DNA of 63,289 nucleotides, filler included, from Nemertoderma westbladi (taxonomy: Eukaryota > Animalia > Xenacoelomorpha), in assembly GCA_032718475.1 (NCBI GenBank). It is 3 parts of 3 records of this genome, joined end to end, with 100 filler letters (N's around TTAATTAATTAA, not from the genome) between each part and the next. Parts side by side here need not be neighbours in the genome. Positions count along the whole stretch, not along the records: positions 45,303 to 63,289 come from JAUCBJ010005091.1; 2 more parts are not named here. One strand, written 5' to 3'. The notes below the pieces were generated by a model. That model made no database searches and was not told the origin of the DNA. It was given only the letters and a program-made list of their open reading frames with translations. This document shows positions 63,033-63,289 of the stretch, one piece after another. Positions within the stretch are counted from its first letter, which is position 1; each line of letters starts with the position of its first letter. A program made the translations under genes and the position numbers.

Positions 63033-63289
63033 CTGAAAAAAATATATTTAACATGAACTTTTTATATAGAGATACTCTATACAGTAAGACCACTTATTCT
63101 TCGAAAAATAAGTAAACCTAAAATACATAATGCTTATCTGTACCAAACTGAACCAAACGACCGAAAACATGGCTAACTGGACCAAACCTGATACCAAATA
63201 AAAATGACCGCAAACACCAAAGGCCTAAGTGTTTAGTGGGTTTGAAATTTAATTAAATTATATTTAAAACATTAAGGGAAAAGAGCAGT

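Overview
AT-rich eukaryotic (metazoan-looking, probably invertebrate) genomic DNA made up largely of nested transposable elements. Two 100-bp N-TTAATTAATTAA-N assembly linkers (28442-28541, 45203-45302) split it into three contigs. Host genes are few: one Na+/Ca2+ exchanger (SLC8/NCX-type) exon and two duplicated LITAF-domain exons. Retroelements: one near full-length and several truncated RTE-clade LINEs (two families), a CR1/L2-group RT fragment, a CRE-like RLE LINE 3' end, a Gypsy integrase relic, a solo LTR and a tRNA-headed SINE with TSD. DNA transposons: PIF/Harbinger (Myb/SANT + transposase), Merlin/IS1595 (transposase plus two short derivatives), P-element/THAP, Sola-like, EnSpm/CACTA-like, an intact DD35D pogo with PHD finger nested in a hAT MITE, a piggyBac derivative, and Helentron/DINE-1-like and Crypton-like palindromic elements. 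The most notable observations are: (1) a complete type III hammerhead ribozyme fold with complementary loops at 15800-15865; (2) LITAF paralogues whose coding core has diverged more than their flanking non-coding DNA; (3) a 2.1-kb palindrome carried inside a Helentron-type element; (4) a pseudoknot-rich RTE 5' UTR. No database searches or folding programs were run, so family names rest on recognised motifs.
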